Positions 11,050 through 23,584 of a stretch of DNA of 64,000 nucleotides are shown piece after piece. Both the position numbers and the translations under genes were made by a program. The stretch is from positions 41,664,001 through 41,728,000 of the forward strand of contig CM069140.1 of assembly GCA_035221665.1 (NCBI GenBank). The letters run 5' to 3'. The stretch comes from Okamejei kenojei (lineage: Eukaryota). How positions within the stretch are numbered: position 1 is the first letter of the stretch; the number at the start of each line of letters is the position of its first letter. The notes under the pieces are model-generated. The model ran no database searches, was not told the DNA's origin, and saw only the letters and a program-made list of their open reading frames with translations.

Positions 11050-11630
11050 AGTCATGCACTTTGGTAGTGAGAATAAAGGCATAAACCTTTCCAAATGAGA
11101 AGAGGATTCAGAAATCAGATGTGTAAAGGGACTTAAGTGTGCTGGTGTAGGATTCACTAAAGATTAATTTGCAGGTTGAATTGGTAGTAAGGAAGGCAAA
11201 TGCAATGTTAGCATTCATTTCAAGCTGACTAGAATATAAAAGCAGGGATGCAATGCTGAGGCTTATTAAGGCACTGGTCAGACAGCATTGTATTATAAGC
11301 AGTTTTGGACCACATATCTGAAGAGGGATGTGATGGCATTGGAGAGGGTCCAGAAGAGGTTTACAAGAAATATCTCAGAGATGATTTGGTTAACATATGA
11401 TGAGTGTTTTACGGCTCTGGGCCTGTACGCGCTTGAGTTTAGAAGGCTGAGGGGGGGTCTCTTCGCGACATCCCAAATAATGAAAGGCCTGGATAGAGGG
11501 AATGTGAAGAGGATGTTTCCCCTAGTAGGAGAGAGACCATAGGGCACTGTTTCAGAATAAAAGGTTGTACATTTAAAAAGGAGATGAGGAGGAATTTATT
11601 AAGCAGAGGGTGGTGAATATGTGCACTCTC
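11050..11630 (+). mobile_element. CR1 LINE fragment (decayed)
   Basis: YYKQFW..LKRDVMALERVQKRFTR, LGLYALEFRRLRG. Confidence 0.85.
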
Positions 11631-11639
11631 CATCTCAGG

Positions 11640-12430
11640 GGATTGCTTGGCTTTATCTTTAAAAGCCAATAGACTTCAGCAGCTTTCTCAACCACATCTT
11701 CTCCATTTCCTGCACTTCTGATCTTACTTCCTCTCCTCGCAGGCAGGAGGATAGATTTCTTCAAGTTCTCAACATTCATCACACCAGCCTCAACGTTGGT
11801 CATCCTTGGTCAATTTTCTTAAATTTCCACCATGGATACATCTTCCCTTTTTCAACATTACAAAGGAACTGTATCCCTTGTAACTCATTGGTTTACGCAT
11901 TATTATCCACCAACTGCTCACAGCACATTGCTACCTAATCACAGGTGATGCAGTGCTTGTTTTTTTACCTTATTTTTTCTCATCATCTCGGTACACAGCC
12001 TGATAGAAGCAGCAGCAATTCAGTTACACGATTCGCAAGCTAGGGTACTGGACAAATGTTCTTAATGTGATCTCTACATCAGAGAAAAAGGGCGGATTTG
12101 GGTGATCACTTTGCTGAACATCTCTGTTCATTCCACATAAGATGACCCTAAAGTTTCTGGTCACCTGTCACTTTGATTCTCCATCGCACTCCCAGTCTGA
12201 CCCCTCCATTTAAGCCAACAAAGCCTAATGTAAGCTCAAGGATCAGCTCCTTGTTTTCCACTCAGTCATGCTGCAGCCCTTGGGACTTAATGTTAATTTT
12301 TTGTCTGCTTGTGCCACAATTGCCCATTTCTGACCCAACTTAACTTTTTTTTTCTCGCCATAGATGCTGTCAGATGGGTGGCATCTCTTCAGCATTTTCC
12401 ATTTTTTCAGATTTCTAGCAACTGCTGTAT
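11640..12430 (+). mobile_element. Old Penelope-like fragment(s)
   Basis: GGGTGATCACTTTGCTGAACAT (GDHFAEH), CACTTTGATTCTCCATCGCACTCCC (HF.SPSHS) and K.KDQ.L.F match the GIY-YIG C-terminus seen at 54723-54983. Confidence 0.65.
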
Positions 12431-12449
12431 TCGGCTTCTCAGTGTTTCT

Positions 12450-12880
12450 CTTTACAGCACTGGGCCTAAACTCGCTAGAATTTAAAAGGTTGAAAGGGGA
12501 CCTCATTGAAACTTACAGAATAATGAAAGGCATAGGTAGAGTGGATGTGGAAAAGGATGTTTCCACTGGTGGGAGAGTCTTGGACCAGAGGTCATAGCCT
12601 CAGAATTAAAGGGCACTCTTTTAGAAAGGAAGTGAGGAGGAACTTATTTTGTATGAGGGTAGTTAATCTGTGGAACTCATTTTCACAGTGGGTTGTGGAG
12701 GCCAAGTCAGTGGATATTTTTAAGGCAGAGATAGACAAATTCTTGATCAGAACCGGTGTCAAGGGTTATGGGGACAAAGCATGAAAATGAGAATGGGAAG
12801 CAGAGATCAGCCATGATTGAATGGCAGAGTAGACTCGATGGGCCGAATGGCCTAATTCTACTCCTATAACGTGAACTTGT
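12450..12880 (+). mobile_element. CR1 LINE 3' fragment
   Basis: LGLNSLEFKRLKGDLIETY, RGHSLRI..RVVNLWNS, 3' UTR GGGCCGAATGGCCT. Confidence 0.88.
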
Positions 12881-13864
12881 TTCCTCATATTTCATAGTTT
12901 TTTACGCTCTCTCCAACTGACCCCATTCATCTACTAAGCAGTTACCTTTGTCTCCTGTACGAGCAAAGTATCCACCATATTCACAGATATTCTCTCTGTT
13001 CTCTTTTCCCTCCTATTTCTGTAACTTAGACATGCTGGTCTTCTCAATTCTCCATGCTGATAAAGGTTGCCTGACCAGCTGACTGTTCCTGTCAATTTCT
13101 GCATTAATTATCGAATTTTGCAGCGTACATACTTTTAAAAATTAAAAAAAAATATTTCTGGTGGGCTGCATCCAGAATCACAAGCTAAAACTTTATCTGC
13201 GTGATTTCTACTGGCAGCTGCCTGCAGATGCTGTGCCATTGTTGTGATGAAGTGTGGAAACCTCTTTCCATGGTAACCACACAGCAGATGCAGAAAGGGC
13301 TGCCACTGATGTGTAGCAAAATGCAAAATGAGGGAAATAATTGACTTCATTATGCCTGACTACTTCTCTACACCCAGTATCAAAGCCCAAATGGAAATCC
13401 ACTCTACAAGTGGTCCCATGCCAATGCAAGGCCTCAGTTCATCCTGCCCACAGAGATCACAACTTGTGTTTCTTATCATGAACAAGGTGCAAAGGCTGTG
13501 GTAAGTAGTGGAACACCCAGCAGTGCTGATCAAAATACACCCAGCAATAAAAACTGTTTCTGGTAGATGCAGAGAGCATACTTCACTGGAACCATGGGGA
13601 CCCTTTCTGTTATGTTGCTTTGCCAATATGTTGCAGGATTTTCTCATGGTTATACTGAGAGTAACAGACACAAGTCATGGGTTATACCTTTAACATCAGT
13701 ACATGGTGAAATGGCTACTATGCACCAGATCACATAACTGGATGCACATCTGATGCTGGGCAAAGATCAAAGATCCTGAAGTATGTCATGCCTAGAAATG
13801 CGTGTCAATGTATTCCCCTCAAGATCTTATACACCTCAATACCCCTCATCCTCCTACCCTCCAA

Positions 13865-14490
13865 GGAACGCAGAAAAAATTCACAAGGATGCAGCTGAAC
13901 CCAGAGGTCTCGAGTTATGATGAGATACTAGATGGGCTGAGACTTTTTCCCTGGAGTGAAGGATGCCAAAGAGTGACTTTATAGAGGTTTGTAACCTCTA
14001 TAAAGGTCATAGTCTTTTATGACCTTTATAATGAACCTCTATAATGGTCATACTCTTTTTCTCAGCATGGTTTTGTCTAAAAGCTAAAACATGTTTTAAA
14101 GTGGAGGGGAAAGAGGAAAAGGAGACTAATGCAATCAACTCGACGTGCACAAACAGAAGATCAAATAGAACAAGTTGTCCTAAATTATTCTGTAAGTTGT
14201 GCACGCCACACGAAAGAAGAAGAAGTGGAGGGGAAAGAGGAAATGGAGAACCTAGAGGCAAGTTTTTCACATGAAGGGTGGTGGATATATGGAATGAGCT
14301 GCCAGAGGAAGTGGTAAAGGTACATTTTAAATGGCATTTGGACAGGTTCATGGATAGAAAATGTTTAGAGGGATATGGGACAAATGGAAGACAATGTGAA
14401 TAGCTAAGGAAGTTACCTAAGTCTGCATTGTTGAGATGGGACAAAGAGCCTGTTTCCGTGCTGTAGAACTCTGTGACACCACGACTCTAT
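13865..14490 (+). mobile_element. Old CR1 3' fragment, interrupted
   Basis: QKKFTRM, GGAATGAGCTGCCAGAGGAAGTGG, GCCTGTTTCCGTGCTGTA tail. Confidence 0.75.
14120..14222 (+). mobile_element. 5'-truncated non-LTR retroposon 3' end with (GAA)n tail and 21-bp TSD
   Basis: AAGTGGAGGGGAAAGAGGAAA duplicated at 14099-14119 and 14223-14243; insert ends CGAAAGAAGAAGAAG. Confidence 0.8.
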
Positions 14491-15769
14491 TTGCCATCCA
14501 TGGAATTGCAATAACCACTGCACCGTTGCCCGTGGTGTGGGAATTTTCTAAATATATTCTTGTTACATCTTTGTGAATAATCTAACTTCACATTCCTGCA
14601 GCCAAATCGAAGTATGTAGTGGTGGTCACTTGACTTAACAACTGAAAATCCTTTGCTCCCATGACAACTATGACTGCCAGCTAAGAATTCCGACAACAGG
14701 GATCCTTCTACATATATTTCAAAAGTTGGATTGTTTTTGCATAGTTGAGATATTGAAGCTAAAGCTTGGAATTTCCTGAATCATGCCTTTACTATGTCAC
14801 CATAAAATTGCTGGATTTAACTTAGGTATGTAGCAACAATAGTGTGGGAAAGATGTTGAAAATAAAGTACACACAGAGTATAGTGTGTAAAATGATGGGC
14901 TGTCAGCAATATATTGTGGAAAACGGAGACACGTTACATTATGTAATTGATCCAGCATTACATTATCTGCCCTCAGTCATGTTTTGCAAACATCTGGTGC
15001 AGTTTGGCTGAGGTTAGTTGATGGTTATTCAGTCTGTCACAATGTTCCCAGGATTTACTGATCTTTAAGTTAATCTGATGCAATATGACCAAGTTTTGAT
15101 GTACATCTTTTCAGTCAAAGGCAGTTTTTGTCAATCAAATTGTACGAGCCTCATAACTTTTATTAGGATTCCACAATACATGCAAGGGATTATTAATAGC
15201 CATATTATTTCACCTGAATATATGAAATTAGAAACAGGTGATAGAAAATTAGAGGCAAAAACTCAACTTCATTACTATGCTCTTGTCCAATGTTGTGCAA
15301 TCGGCACGAGACATAATGGTTTGATTAATAGACTAACAGACTGTAGTTTGGGCAATTGATACAGGGATATGAGTTCAAGTCAAATCTGACTTCAAGTAAC
15401 TTAAGTAATCTGGAATTTAAAGTAAGTTAGCATCAACAATAGTACCCATGTACTACTGGACAATCTTTAAAGGAAATTTGCTAGCTACACCAGCTCTGGC
15501 CTATGTATGTCTCGAGAACCACCAATGTGGATCATTCATGGAGATTCAGAATGGACTGTAAATGCTGGCAATGTCAGGAGATTAATTGAATTGCTGAAGC
15601 ACTATTCTGGCAAATCATATTATTCAAAGCAGTTAGAATTCACTGCCTCTCTCTAAAGTTATCTGCCAATATTACCTTTCCATTCTTATAATGGTGCCTA
15701 TTAGCCTATCCAAGGTTCAAGGCACTCCAGGTGGGGGATGTAGACTGAAATCAGGCCTTTATATGAAGA

Positions 15770-16022
15770 ACAGCTTATGGTGCCTTCCAATCCCACATAC
15801 AATCACTTTTGTCTGACCTCTGGGATAGTACTACTTATAGCAAGCACCTCAAGGTGCAGGAGAGTTACCAACATTTGTCTACAAAATCCTCCAGAGATCT
15901 ACTGACAAGATAAGCCAACCAACATTAGCATCTTATCCAATTTCAACAACTCAGCATTGATTCCCTAAGAATTCCTAGTTGGACAGACTCCTGAAAGTTT
16001 ATCTTTACTCCAAGCTCCACCA
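15770..16022 (+). mobile_element. RTE-clade LINE fragment (old)
   Basis: Reads roughly SKHLK..E.YQ..L.KIL....QDK.TNISIL....SI, resembling the RTE ORF C-terminal region. Confidence 0.55.
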
Positions 16023-16395
16023 TCTTAAGGGGTTGAACAGGCTAGATGCAGGAAGATTGTTCCCGATGTTGGGGAAGTCCAGGACAAGGGGTTACAGTTT
16101 AAGGATAAGGGGGAAGTCTTTTAGGACCGAGATGAGAAAATCGTTTTTCACACAGAGAGTGGTGAATCTGTGGAATTCTCTGCCACAGAAGGTAGTTGAG
16201 GCCAGTTCGTTGGCCATATTTAAGAGGGAGTTGGATGTGTCCCTTGTGGCTGAAGGGATCAGGGGGTATGGAGAGAAGGCAGGTACAGGATACTGAGTTG
16301 GATGATCAGCCATGATCATATTGAATGGCGGTGCAGGCTCAAAGGGCCGAATGGCCGGCTCCTGCACCTAATTTCTATGTTTCTATGTTTCTATG
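16023..16395 (+). mobile_element. Young CR1 3' end with (TTTCTATG)n tail
   Basis: LKGLNRLDAGRLFPMLGKSRTRG; nearly the same as 20880-21257. Confidence 0.92.
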
Positions 16396-17365
16396 CTAAG
16401 AGATCATGTGCTGTTGTGGGGGTTGTCTTTAGGATTGTATCGACCTGCTGGCTACAGGATAGATCTTCAGAGATATGCATGCCCAGGAACTTGATCTGTT
16501 GACTCTCTACCGCTGCACAGTTGATGAAGACAGGTTCCCGGATCCTTTCTTTTGCTTCATGAAGTCAACAATCAGCTCCTTGGTCTTGCTAACTTTGACA
16601 AAAAGATTATTGTTCTGCAACCATTCAATTTTCAATCTCCCTACTGTACTCTGATTAGTACCCATTATTTGTCCAATAATGGTTGTATCATCCATTAAAT
16701 TAAATATGGTGTTGGAACTGTGTCTGGCTACCCACTAATGGGTATAGAGAGACTAGAGCAGGGGCTGAACACACAGCATTGAGGTATTCCTGTGTTGATG
16801 GTTATAGAAGAGGAGGTGTTGTTGCCAATTCATACTCATTGAGGTCTGTCAATGAGGAAATCAAGGATCAATTACATGGGATGAGCATAGACCCAGTCCT
16901 CTGGGTATTAGTTTGGAGGGGATGATGGTGTTGAACACTTAGTTGTAGGTGATAATAAAGGCTGATGTGAATGTTCTTATTGTCCAAGTGGTTCAGTGCA
17001 GAGTGAGCCAGCAAAATCACATCCCCTATTAATCTATAGTGATGGTAGTGGATCCAGACCCATACTATGGCATCATACCCAATCTGTCAAAGCACTTCAT
17101 CACCATAGACATTAGTGCCACGGGTTGGCCGTCATTAGGCATGTTACTTTACTCCTCTTGGAAACTGGTATTGTTGATGCCCTTTTAAAGCAGGTGGAAA
17201 TCTCAGACCTTAATTCAGTATTCAGTATATTCAGTGTTTACTTTAATGTCATTTTAACTGAGTTCTTACATACACAGAATGTATACTTAATAATAAGAGA
17301 GGTTGAAGTCCTCCACAAAAACCCCAGCCAGTTTGTCTGCACAGGTTTAAGAACGTGGTCAGGTA
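16396..17365 (-). mobile_element. Rex1/Babar-type LINE fragment (old)
   Basis: DDTTIIGQI and [11 protein letters not shown]; colinear with 31570-32420. Confidence 0.8.
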
Positions 17366-18224
17366 CACCATCGCGGCTGTTGTTTTCAGTTGTTCACTAT
17401 AAAGATGCGGGCACCGGCAGAATCCTTGAGTTGAGAAGGTTGTGAATATGTGGCAGACATGTTCAACTTTTGTAACACGTGATGCTGAGTACTCCAGTAG
17501 CCGGCAGAGCAGCCCAGGCAGTGTAATTGTTGTTTCAGCACATTAGTGGTTGCTTATCACATTTTGAGTGGCAACAAAATATTGAATGTCTGCATGTTGT
17601 TCAGGTGTGAGGGTTGTGCACCAAAGCGAGGAGCCCCGTTGTCAGCTGACAACCCTTGCTGCCTTGTGATCACACTTAGTTTTCTATGGCGAAGCAAATG
17701 CTAATCGAAAATGAACTGCAGCAGAATGAAGGAATCACTATACCTGCCTGGTTGCCAGGCACTGAACTGTATGATTAGCTGCAGACCAAGAGAGTTTAGT
17801 TTAATTTTAGTTTAGTTTAGAGATAAAGCACGGAAACACACCCTTCAGCCCACCTGGGTCCGTGCCAACGTGCAATCCCCACAGATTAACATTGTGCTAC
17901 ACACTCATGTACAATTTGCACTTACACCAAGCCAATTAACCAACAAACCTGTGCGTCTTTAAGGGCCTGTCCCACTAACCCGACTTTTCAGCGACTGTCT
18001 TCGACCTTCAAGCTTTTGGGCACACCTGAAAAACCTCAAGCTGGATCGATCATCAGGGATGAAACAATGAGCTGGATAGACCATCAACACACACACGCAC
18101 ACACAAACACATTGCAAAGGCGGGGGCCAGGGAAAGCGGGGGAGCGCTGTCTGAAATTCACACCCACGATGAACAGGAAGATAAAAGACGCTGGCATAAT
18201 GTACGGTAAGTCCTTTAGAGAGCG

Positions 18225-18560
18225 CGGGGGGGGAGAGAAGTGGGGGGGAGAGAAGGNNNNNNNNNNNNNNNNNNNNNNNNNNNNNNNNNNNNNNNNNNNN
18301 NNNNNNNNNNNNNNNNNNNNNNNNNNNNNNNNNNNNNNNNNNNNNNNNNNNNNNNNNNNNNNNNNNNNNNNNNNNNNNNNNNNNNNNNNNNNNNNNNNNN
18401 NNNNNNNNNNNNNAGAAGGGGGGAGAGAGAAGGGGGGGAGAGAGAAGGGGGGGAGAGAGAAGGGGGGAGAGAGAAGGGGGAGAGAGAAGGGGGGAGAGAA
18501 GGGGGGGGAGAGAAGGGGGTAGAGAGAAGGGGGGAGAGAAGGGGGGGAGAGAAGGGAGAG
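18225..18560 (+). repeat. Polypurine (GGGGGGAGAGAA)n repeat; continues at 21388-21480
   Basis: Visible tandem repeat on both sides of the N-run and after the nested CR1s. Confidence 0.9.
18257..18413. other. Assembly gap (157 N)
   Basis: Run of n inside the G-rich repeat. Confidence 0.99.
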
Positions 18561-21386
18561 ATGTACTGGAGGACAGAGGATCTAAGGGGGTAGAGGAACT
18601 GAAATAAATTTTCATTAGGGGAGAAATAGTATTGGGTAGGCTAATGGGACTGAAGGATGATAAATCCCCTGGGCCTGATGGTTTGCATCCCAGGGTCCTC
18701 AGGGAGGTGGCTCTAGAAATAGTGGACGCATTGGTGATCATTTTCCAATGTTCAACAGATTCAGGATCAGTTCCTGTGGATTGGAGGATAGCTAATGTTA
18801 TCCCACTTTTCAAGAAAGGAGCGAGAGAGAAAACGGGGCATTACAGACCAGTTAGCCTGACTTCGGTGGTGGGAAAGATGCTAGGGTCAATTATTAAAGA
18901 GGTAATAATGGAGCATTTGGATAGCAGTAAAAGGATGAGACCAAGTCAACATGGATTGATGAAAGGGAAATCATGCTTGACTAATCTTCTGGAATTTTGT
19001 GAAGATGTGATAAGTAAAATGGATGAAGGGGAGCCAGTAGATGTAGTGTATCTAGACTTTCAGAAAGCCTTTGATAAGGTCCCGCATGGGAGACCGGTGA
19101 CTAAAATTAGAGCACATGGTATTGGGGGTAGGATGTAGACATGGAAAGAAAATTGGCTGCAGAACGGAAGCAAAGAGTAGGAGTGAACGGGTCCTTTTCA
19201 GAATGGCAGGCAGTGGTGAGTAGAGTGCCGCAAGGCTCTGTGTTGGAGCTGCAATTGTTTACCATATATATTAATGATTTGGAAGAGGGAATTAGGAACA
19301 ACACTAGCAAGTTTGCGGATGACACAAAGCTGGGTGGCAGTGTGAACAGTGAAGAGGATGTTAGGAGGTTGCAGGGGGACATGGACAGGTTGAGTGAGTG
19401 GGCAGATGCGTTGCAGATGCAGTATAATATAGATAAATGTGAGGTTATCCACTTTGGTGGCAAAAACAAGGGGGCAGATTATTATCTCAATGGGGATAGG
19501 TTAGGTAAGGGGGAGGTACAGCGAGACCTGGGTGTCCTTGTACACCAGTCACTGAAAGTTGGCGTGCAGGTACAGCAGGCAGTGAAGAAAGCTAATGGAA
19601 TGTTGGCCTTCATAACAAGAGGATTTCAGTACAGAAGTAAAGAGGTTCTTCTGCAGTTGTATAGGGCTCTGGTGAGACCACATCTGGAGTATTGTGTACA
19701 GTTTTGGTCTCCTAATTTGAGGAAGGACATCCTTATGATTGAGGCAGTGCAGCGTAGATTCACGAGATTGATCCCTGGGATGGCGGGACTGTCATATGAG
19801 GAAAGATTGAAAAGACTAGGCTTGTATTCACTGGAGTTTAGAAGGATGAGGGGGTATCCCATTATAAAAGGACTGGACAAGCTAGATGCAGGAAAAATGT
19901 TCCCAATGTTGGGTGAGTCCAGAACCAGGGGCCACAGTCTTAGAATAAAGGGGAAATCATTTAAGACTGAGCTGAAAAAAAAACCTTTTTACCCAGAGAG
20001 TTGTGAATTTATGGAATTCCATGCCGCAGAGGGCAGTGGAGGCCAAATCACTGGATGGATTTAAGAGAGAGTTAGATAGAGCTCTAGGGGCTAGTGGAGT
20101 CAAGGGATATAGCATACGGTATTAGGGGTTCAGTATTGATGTGGATAGAGAACTGGCTGGCAAACAGGAAGCAAAGAGTAGGAGTAAACGGGTCCTTTTC
20201 ACAATGGCAGGCAGTAACTAGTGGGGTACCGCAGGGCTCAGTGCTGGGACCCCAGCTATTTACAATATATATTAATGATCTGGATGAGGGAATTGAAGGC
20301 AATATCTCCAAGTTTGCGGATGACACTAAGCTGGGGGGCAGTGTTCGCTGTGAGGAGGATGCTAGGAGACTGCAAGGTGACTTGGATAGGCTGGGTGAGT
20401 GGGCAAATGTTTGGCAGATGCAGTATAATGTGGATAAATGTGAGGTTATCCACTTTGGTGGCAAAAACAGGAAAGCAGACTATTATTTAAATGGTGGCCG
20501 ATTAGGAAAAGGGGAGATGCAGCGAGACCTGGGTGTCATGGTACACCAGTCATTGAAAGTAGGCATGCAGGTGCAGCAGGCAGTGAAAAAAGCGAATGGT
20601 ATGTTAGCTTTCATAGCAAAAGGATTTGAGTACAGGAGCAGGGAGGTTCTACTTCAGTTGTACAGGGTCTTGGTGAGACCACACCTGGAGTATTGCGTAC
20701 AGTTTTGGTCTCCAAATCTGAGGAAGGACATTATTGCCATAGAGGGAGTGAAGAGAAGGTTCACCAGACTGATTCCTGGGATGTCAGGACTGTCTTATGA
20801 AGAAAGACTGGATAGACTCGGTTTATACTCTCTGGAATTTAGGAGATTGAGAGGGGATCTTATAGAAACTTACAAAATTCTTAAGGGGTTGGACAGGCTA
20901 GATGCAGGAAGATTGTTCCCGATGTTGGGGAAGTCCAGGACAAGGGGTCACAGCTTAAGGATAAGGGGGAAATCCTTTAAGACCGAGATGAGAAAGACTT
21001 TTTTCACACAGAGAGTGGTGAGTCTCTGGAACTCTCTGCCACAGAGGGTAGTTTTGGCCAGTTCATTGGCTATATTTAAGAGTGAGTTGGATGTGACCCT
21101 TGTGGCTAAGGGGATCAGAGGGTATGGAGAGAAGGCAGGTAAGGGATACTGAGTTGGATGATCAGCCATGATCATATTGAATGGCGGTGCAGGCTCGAAG
21201 GGCTGAATGGCCTACTCCTGCACCTAATTTCTATGTTTCTATGTTTCTATGTTTCTATATGGAGAGAAGGCAGGCACGGGTTATTGATAGCGGACGATCA
21301 GCCATGATCATATTGAATGGTGGTGCTGGCTCGAAGGGCCAAATGGCCTCCTCCTGCACCTATTTTCTATTTTTCTGTTTCTATGT
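18561..21386 (+). mobile_element. 5'-truncated CR1 (18561-20110 plus 21258-21386), interrupted by a second CR1
   Basis: KSPGPDGLHPRVL, YRPVSLTSVVGK, YLDFQKAFDKVPH, KFADDTK; 3' end GGAGTCAAGGGATAT|GGAGAGAAGGCAGGCAC is split. Confidence 0.9.
20111..21257 (+). mobile_element. Young 5'-truncated CR1 with uninterrupted RT C-terminal frame
   Basis: ORF 20094..21152 (352 aa: SGVPQGSVLGP, KFADDTK) and (TTTCTATG)n tail. Confidence 0.93.
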
Positions 21387-22154
21387 AAGGGAGGGGGGGG
21401 GAGAAGGGGGGGCAGAGAAGGGGGGCAGAGGAGAGGGGCAGAGAAGGGGGGGAGAGAAGGGGGGGAGAGAAGGGGGGAGACACTTTTAAAAAGCCAGACA
21501 ACTTATAATAAAGTTTAGCAGGCATTTAACATTACAGGTCAGTTTTCCAATGAGCTATTTAAAATGCCCGATCAGCATTTGGCAACCTTGACTACTTAGC
21601 GACCCCACGCCACTGCACTAAGAGTTCAAAAGAACCATGCAGGCCAATTTTTACTCGCATGCTGAGAAATCTTCCTTGACCAAACTGAGGTCGCAAGTAT
21701 GCGGGAACGTCCCTCGAGCATGAAGGTGAGTTCCAGTGACTTCCTAGAACCTCTGTTTGGGTCATGCTGCAAGTTTGGGTTGAGCACAAACTCTTCTAAA
21801 CTCGCAAATTAGGTTGCCGCAGTGGGACAGGCCCTTTAGAGTGGAGGAAACCAAATATCTCGGAGAAAACCCACGCGGTCTCTGGCACTGCAATCGCTGT
21901 AAGGCAGCAACCCTGCAACTGCGCCACCGTGCCGCCCTTGTTAAATCCCTTCAGGTTGTAGTAGATCTCTAACAAGCAGCCCCCACTAAATAACATGCAG
22001 ATATTCAATAGCTACTCATTGTGATAGGTGAAATTCTAGCAGATTGATGCTCTTGCTCCATCTACTACTCTTTGGCAAGGGAAAATAAAATATCATCAGC
22101 TCTCTTTGTATCACGTCAAAGAACCTCTGTAGTTAACCATGGGGACAAATTGTA

Positions 22155-22320
22155 AGTCAGCGGGTCAGGCAGCATCTCTGGATTTGGGTTGGGTTGAGGC
22201 CCTTCTCAACCTGAAACGTCACTTGTTCATGTTTCCAGAGAATCTGCCTGACAGACTGAGTTGCTCCAGCACTTTGTGTCCTTTTGTATATTAACCAGAA
22301 TCTGCAGTTCTTTGTTTTTA
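22155..22320. mobile_element. Degraded Penelope-type palindromic repeat
   Basis: GTCAGGCAGCATCTCTGG ... CCAGAGAATCTGCCTGAC..CTGAGTTGCTCCAGCACTTTGTGTC. Confidence 0.7.
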
Positions 22321-22440
22321 CAGAATGTTACAAGCTCTAGCCAGGGAAGATAGCAACATTAACATTGACAGTGTGGTATTTGCCCTGCCTAATGAGCAAA
22401 TGGCATATTTCAATCAGATGCATTTACCGCATGAACAATA

Positions 22441-22767
22441 TAGTTTCGACATACAGAGCAGAAACAGGCCCTTCGAATCATTTAAAGAGTCAACCGATAA
22501 AAATTGACCAGCGACCCCCACATATTAACACTCTCTTACACACACTAGAGACAATTTCACATTTACCAAGCCAATTTACCTGCAGTACATACCTGTACGT
22601 CTTTGGAGTGTGGGAGGAAACCGAAGATTTCAGAGAAAACCCACGCAGGTCACGGAGAGAACGTACAAACTCCATACAGACAGCACCTGCAATTGGGATT
22701 GAACCCGGGTCTCAGGCACTGCAAGTGCTGTAAGGCAGCAACTCTACCACTGCGCCACTGTGCCACC
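22441..22767 (-). mobile_element. HE1-type SINE, near full length
   Basis: Minus-strand tRNA-like head (A box TGGCGCAGTGG, B box GGTTCAATCCC), central domain, CR1-like tail GAAGGGCCTGTTTC. Confidence 0.88.
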
Positions 22768-22787
22768 TGCAACAGTCTTGCAAATTG

Positions 22788-23584
22788 TCTATATAATTAA
22801 ATGTCTCATCTTGACCACTTCCTGTTTGCACTGCATATTGATTTTAGAAAAAAACGCTACTACTTACGGCTGTGATTTATGGCCCTCTTACACAGAACCC
22901 CCCCTCCGCTGCACAGGACAAGAGAGTTTTTTCCCATCAATGAAAAATAAAAGACTTATTAATGTTTTTTAAATGTTGAGATTCTCTCTCCTATCAATCA
23001 TGCCATGAAGGCCATGCCCCTTGTGGTGGGAAGGGGAGGAGCTATAAAACCCAGAAGTGTGGGCGTGGCTCAGTCTCTGCAAGATGGGGAAGGGAGAGGG
23101 TCATGACTCTCAGTCTGAGCTGGAAATCTACTGAACATTGAGAATACTGACCTGTGAGTGTCCTTTATGTGTTTTTAAACTCTGCCTTTTGCAACTGTGT
23201 GGCTATTGAAATATGTGTCTTTTGCAACCGTGTGCCTTTTGCAACCATGTGCCTTTTGCAACTGTGTGCCTTTTGCAACTGTAAAAATAGATGAAAATGT
23301 CAACAATTGATTGTCCACCCTCTCCCCTTCTCTCTCACAGTCTCTCACCTGTTTTTTTCTGGCAGTTTCTGAGCTGCCAGCCTGCCAGGCTTGCGTTACT
23401 GAACTGCCAGGCCTGAGTGACTGAACTGCCAGCCCAATAATCCAATCGGCCCACAATGTCCATACTAGCCCTCTGGAAACCAGTCCCTTCAGCCCACAAC
23501 ACCCATGCTAGCACTCCAGAAAGCCCCCCACCTGGGAAGCCCTCCCATGTGAAGCTGGGACCCAATGGGTCCCACTTAGTCTTA
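22788..23584 (+). mobile_element. Non-autonomous Helitron-like element
   Basis: 5' TCTATATAATTAAA start; subterminal hairpin TGGGACCC-AAT-GGGTCCCA (23556-23574) followed by CTTAGTCTT (degenerate CTAG end); internal TGTGCCTTTTGCAAC repeats (23180-23282); no TSD. Confidence 0.7.

Larger units (their letters stand above)
17962..21835. mobile_element. PIF/Harbinger-type non-autonomous DNA transposon with nested CR1s
   Basis: Perfect 15-bp TIRs AGGGCCTGTCCCACT (17962-17976) / AGTGGGACAGGCCCT (21821-21835); 3-bp TSD TTA (17959-17961, 21836-21838). Confidence 0.88.
17794..21937 (-). mobile_element. HE1-type SINE split in two (17794-17961 and 21839-21937) by a Harbinger-type MITE
   Basis: SINE consensus ACCTGTACGTCTTTGGAGTG is broken at GTCTTTA / TTAGAGTGG; head GCGCCACCGTGCCGCC ends near 21936. 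Confidence 0.85.

Noticed and set aside
17959-18813. 284-aa Pro/Leu/Ser-rich ORF and Gly/Glu/Arg-rich ORFs
   Set aside because: Artefacts of the G-rich repeat, the N gap and antisense CR1.
22690-22767. tRNA gene (A and B boxes on the minus strand)
   Set aside because: It is the tRNA-derived head of a HE1-type SINE, repeated several times in the window.
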